DNA of 28,795 bases from a virus. Its lineage: Duplodnaviria > Caudoviricetes. Below the pieces are notes generated by a model that worked only from the letters and a program-made list of their open reading frames with translations, did no database searches and was not told the origin of the DNA. Location: positions 1 to 28,795 of IMG/VR virus record IMGVR_UViG_3300044724_007133. One strand, written 5' to 3'. Each line of letters starts with the position of its first letter. The first letter of the stretch is position 1. Of this stretch, positions 25,923-28,795 are shown one piece after another. The translations under genes were made by a program, and so were the position numbers.

Positions 25923-26961
25923 CGATGGGCAGATCACTATCAAACTGTCTGTCCAATGGATCCCAAACTGGTACATAAACTTCGTCAAACGTATCAAGCG
26001 TAGACGAGAGCCGTGCAACCCGGAAATCAACACCAGCAGAATCTTCATCGAACGATGGAGATGTTCTACCTGCAGCCTCACCAATATCATCGTATGTCCT
26101 ATCCAATTGCTCAATTGTAAGGTCTCCGTAGTTTGGCTCACCCTTAAAGTTAGTGGAAACTTCAACTCTTCTTACCACGCTATACTCGCTATCTGTTAAT
26201 GCATCATCATAGGTATCACCATGGATACCACCTCTTGCAACAACCAAACCAGAAACCTCTGTTAGTGTAGTTGATACCAACGCTCCTGTGCTGTGTACAG
26301 CAATCGCGGGTGCCTCGTCAGGTGTGGCTGTTGGCGCGAATAAATTTACATCCCCTGTGGCAGCAAGTTGAACTTCTGCACCGAGATACAATCCAGCCGG
26401 ATGAACAAACAGTTTGTATGTATCCTTCCACTCGCTGAGTGGTATACCAATTCTAATAAGGATAGCATACTGTTGATACAGTTTATCGTTCAAAATAAAT
26501 CGTTCAGACTCCGAACCAATTTCTGATTGACCGACAGTAAAAATATATTTCTTCGTATATTCAATATCTGGATTTAAACCATAGAACATTCTGAAGAATT
26601 GTTGCATAGAAAACAAAGTGCCCTTGGATCTATAGAGAACACTTGAGACCTTTGCAGCTGCTCGTTTATCTTGGAATCCTTGAAAATATTGCTCGCCGAG
26701 CAGCAATTCATCCTCAATGAAATTTAACAGCTTTTCATCTGCTGCAGAAATATCCTTGCTTTCAAACAACTCATGGATTAGATGAGATGGTGAAATTGGA
26801 TCATGCTCGAATTGATAATATGCTTCCAGGAATGCAAGGAACTTAGGATATGTCGAGCCAAAGTATTCAGGCAACACCTCACGAATTGAGTGCTTATCAC
26901 TGAATGAAAGGTCCCGTCGATTATTATCGACTAGAGTTTTGTCTTGGGTAACGTGCGCCAT
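25918..26961 (-). CDS. gp7: Baseplate wedge protein gp7-like, unusually short (347 aa)
   Basis: LPEYF...YPKFLAFLEAYYQF, LYRSKGT..S...FFRMFYG and YQQYAILIR.....SEWKD..KLFVHPAG; lies directly after gp6. Confidence 0.75.
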   Translation of the reverse strand: MAHVTQDKTLVDNNRRDLSFSDKHSIREVLPEYFGSTYPKFLAFLEAYYQFEHDPISPSHLIHELFESKDISAADEKLLNFIEDELLLGEQYFQGFQDKRAAAKVSSVLYRSKGTLFSMQQFFRMFYGLNPDIEYTKKYIFTVGQSEIGSESERFILNDKLYQQYAILIRIGIPLSEWKDTYKLFVHPAGLYLGAEVQLAATGDVNLFAPTATPDEAPAIAVHSTGALVSTTLTEVSGLVVARGGIHGDTYDDALTDSEYSVVRRVEVSTNFKGEPNYGDLTIEQLDRTYDDIGEAAGRTSPSFDEDSAGVDFRVARLSSTLDTFDEVYVPVWDPLDRQFDSDLPIV

Positions 26962-26962
26962 A

Positions 26963-28792
26963 TTAGTAAGATGCGTCTACTACTACAGGTGTAATAAAGG
27001 AGTTTACTTTGTCGTGCTTAAGAATATCATTTCGCACTGGAGCAACTGCACTTTGATTTGCTGGTGTTACAGTAATCTTAATGTAATCTTCCCCACCAAT
27101 CAATTCTTCCGGTCTCAATCCAACAATGCTAACAACGCCGGTAGTTGGATTAAATGTGCCAACATTGTCGATCGCGACCGACAAATCAGCGATAACAATT
27201 ACTTCTAGAGTAGAACTGTTAAGTCTATTTCTAATATTACAAATCCGTCCTTGATATTTAAACGGAGAAGAAGTAATAATATGATTTTTATCGTCTGGTT
27301 CAGCTAATGGAGAAGGGAACCGAAGAGATACGCTGTTAAGATTATCAATTAATGGAACAAACCGTTGTTGCATTTTAATTTCTGCACGGGTCGACAATAC
27401 AGCAGGACTGACCTCATCAATCAATGTCAACAAATTTGATCGACGAAATGCTCTCTCGAACTTACCTGTGTTATTCGCAAAATACGTATCAACAATTGTG
27501 TCAATTTCTGCACGAACAACATTGAGGTTGACTGATGTCAATCGAGGGTTGAATTGGAAAAATATACCTGTCTCTATAAAAGTCTCAACAGGATCATCAA
27601 ACTTAAGATCAAAAGAAACAACTGAGAGCTGACTTGCAAGATCAAGGATCTGTAGTTTTGTGCTGTCAATTTGAGCCTGAGTAACATTATCGTTGAAGAC
27701 GACAGACATATAAACAACACCAAATTCAGGATCAAGAGAATCTTCCCCTCCCCATGCCTTGATGTCTTTGATTAATGATGAGAAGTTTCTAAGAACCAAA
27801 GCAGAATAGTCTGCAGCTGTTACCATCCTGTTTTGTGATGCATATTGAAACGGTGCATTTTTTCTAATCGATTCTATCGTTTCTTTACCAGCACCACCGG
27901 CCGCATTTGATATAGTTGTAACATTGAGATTGTAATCATTACCATCTGTTACCTCAACTCTATTAGATGCCTTGAAGATTGCTGCTTGATTAGCATCTTC
28001 ACCAACAGCTGAAAGATATTCAACTACAATTTTGTTACCAGCTGTTGGCGTCCGTCCCAGAATTGATCCATCGCCAAACGATAATTCAAAATATCCATTG
28101 GGCGATTCTTTCAGAATGTATAGCGTTGAATTAGCATCTATTAGTGTTGCATCAATAATATTGTTGTAAGTTGTGTACGTCGTTGATGTTGCCGTGTCAT
28201 ATACTTTTACAACAACAGATTGTGAATCCATTGTTTCATCTGGAATAATATAGATTGTATTCGCAGCATCTGTCCCCACAAAGAAACTTTTTGTCTTTGC
28301 TGTACCTTCATAGATTACAATATTGTCATCGCCGGCCTGTGTTTCGAACTGATAGTAACCATTACCATCATCCGTGGCAACAATAGCTTCCTTCGTTTGA
28401 AAAGTATACACTACGCTATCGACAGTTGATGTAAATGTCGTGCCTGCTGGCAATGTGATCGTTGCTGGTCGTCCAGCTAGGTTTCCTGTGTTGATCGAAA
28501 GTGTGACAGTAGCGCTGGCAGATGTTTGGGTCTTAGGAATATATCCAATTCCTTCTGATAAAGACACGACCGAGCTTCTTAGCTGCGCTGTACTAAGAAA
28601 AGATTCATTCAATGCAAAGTTGGCAATCAACGCATTGTAGTGAGTATTGTAAGCCAATACATCTAATAAATTAGATAATCCAGAAGCTTCAAAATTATAA
28701 TCCGTAAACTCTTCTTTTTCTTGTAAGAATGTCTTTAGATTATTTTTAATTGAATTGAAGTCTAATGCTGTTGACTTGATAGTAGTTGCCAT
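26963..28792 (-). CDS. gp6: Baseplate wedge subunit gp6 (609 aa)
   Basis: LDFNSIKNNLK.FL....EFTDYNFEASGLS.LLDVLAYNTHYNA..ANF..NESFL.TAQLRSSVVS, FGDG.ILG, ETIESIRKNAP..YASQNRMVTAADY and AWGGED. Confidence 0.95.
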   Translation of the reverse strand: MATTIKSTALDFNSIKNNLKTFLQEKEEFTDYNFEASGLSNLLDVLAYNTHYNALIANFALNESFLSTAQLRSSVVSLSEGIGYIPKTQTSASATVTLSINTGNLAGRPATITLPAGTTFTSTVDSVVYTFQTKEAIVATDDGNGYYQFETQAGDDNIVIYEGTAKTKSFFVGTDAANTIYIIPDETMDSQSVVVKVYDTATSTTYTTYNNIIDATLIDANSTLYILKESPNGYFELSFGDGSILGRTPTAGNKIVVEYLSAVGEDANQAAIFKASNRVEVTDGNDYNLNVTTISNAAGGAGKETIESIRKNAPFQYASQNRMVTAADYSALVLRNFSSLIKDIKAWGGEDSLDPEFGVVYMSVVFNDNVTQAQIDSTKLQILDLASQLSVVSFDLKFDDPVETFIETGIFFQFNPRLTSVNLNVVRAEIDTIVDTYFANNTGKFERAFRRSNLLTLIDEVSPAVLSTRAEIKMQQRFVPLIDNLNSVSLRFPSPLAEPDDKNHIITSSPFKYQGRICNIRNRLNSSTLEVIVIADLSVAIDNVGTFNPTTGVVSIVGLRPEELIGGEDYIKITVTPANQSAVAPVRNDILKHDKVNSFITPVVVDASY

Positions 28793-28795
28793 ATT

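Noticed and set aside
15176-28640. Plus-strand ORFs antisense to the fibre, VrlC, gp8, gp9/10 and gp6 genes, plus 25902..26165 (-)
   Set aside because: Essentially nested in well-supported structural genes; V/P/S-rich antisense composition or alternative frames with no independent support.
1-28795. tRNA/rRNA genes, introns, inteins or stop-codon recoding
   Set aside because: Intergenic gaps are all under 100 bp with no cloverleaf; genes read intact in the standard code with no intein or homing-endonuclease motifs.

Overview
Structural-gene region of a T4-like myovirus with cyanophage/pelagiphage-type baseplate architecture; the host cannot be determined from this window. The minus strand, read right to left, encodes gp6, a very short gp7-like protein, a gp9/gp10-domain protein, gp8, a VrlC/DUF4815-like protein, a small coiled-coil protein, a segmented fibre, two hypothetical proteins and, further left, six fibre or fibre-associated genes. 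The last of these (1..1948) is missing from the ORF track and runs off the window. Inserted on the plus strand (7130..13424) is a tightly coupled 8-gene enzyme cassette: a degenerate PP-loop-like protein, two GT-A glycosyltransferases, two Asp/Asn beta-hydroxylase-type 2OG-Fe(II) oxygenases, a SAM-methyltransferase-fold protein and a tandem paralog pair. The cassette has its own perfect T4 late promoter (TATAAATA), back-to-back with one driving the fibre genes. The surrounding virion proteins are enriched in an Asp-Ser-Asp/Asp-Ser-Ala motif (about 23 DSD versus about 3 DTD by hand count; no DSD in the cassette). The best candidate novel system is a late-expressed virion-protein modification (glycosylation/hydroxylation) cassette with a DS-type sequon on baseplate and fibre proteins. 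This link is inferred, not demonstrated.
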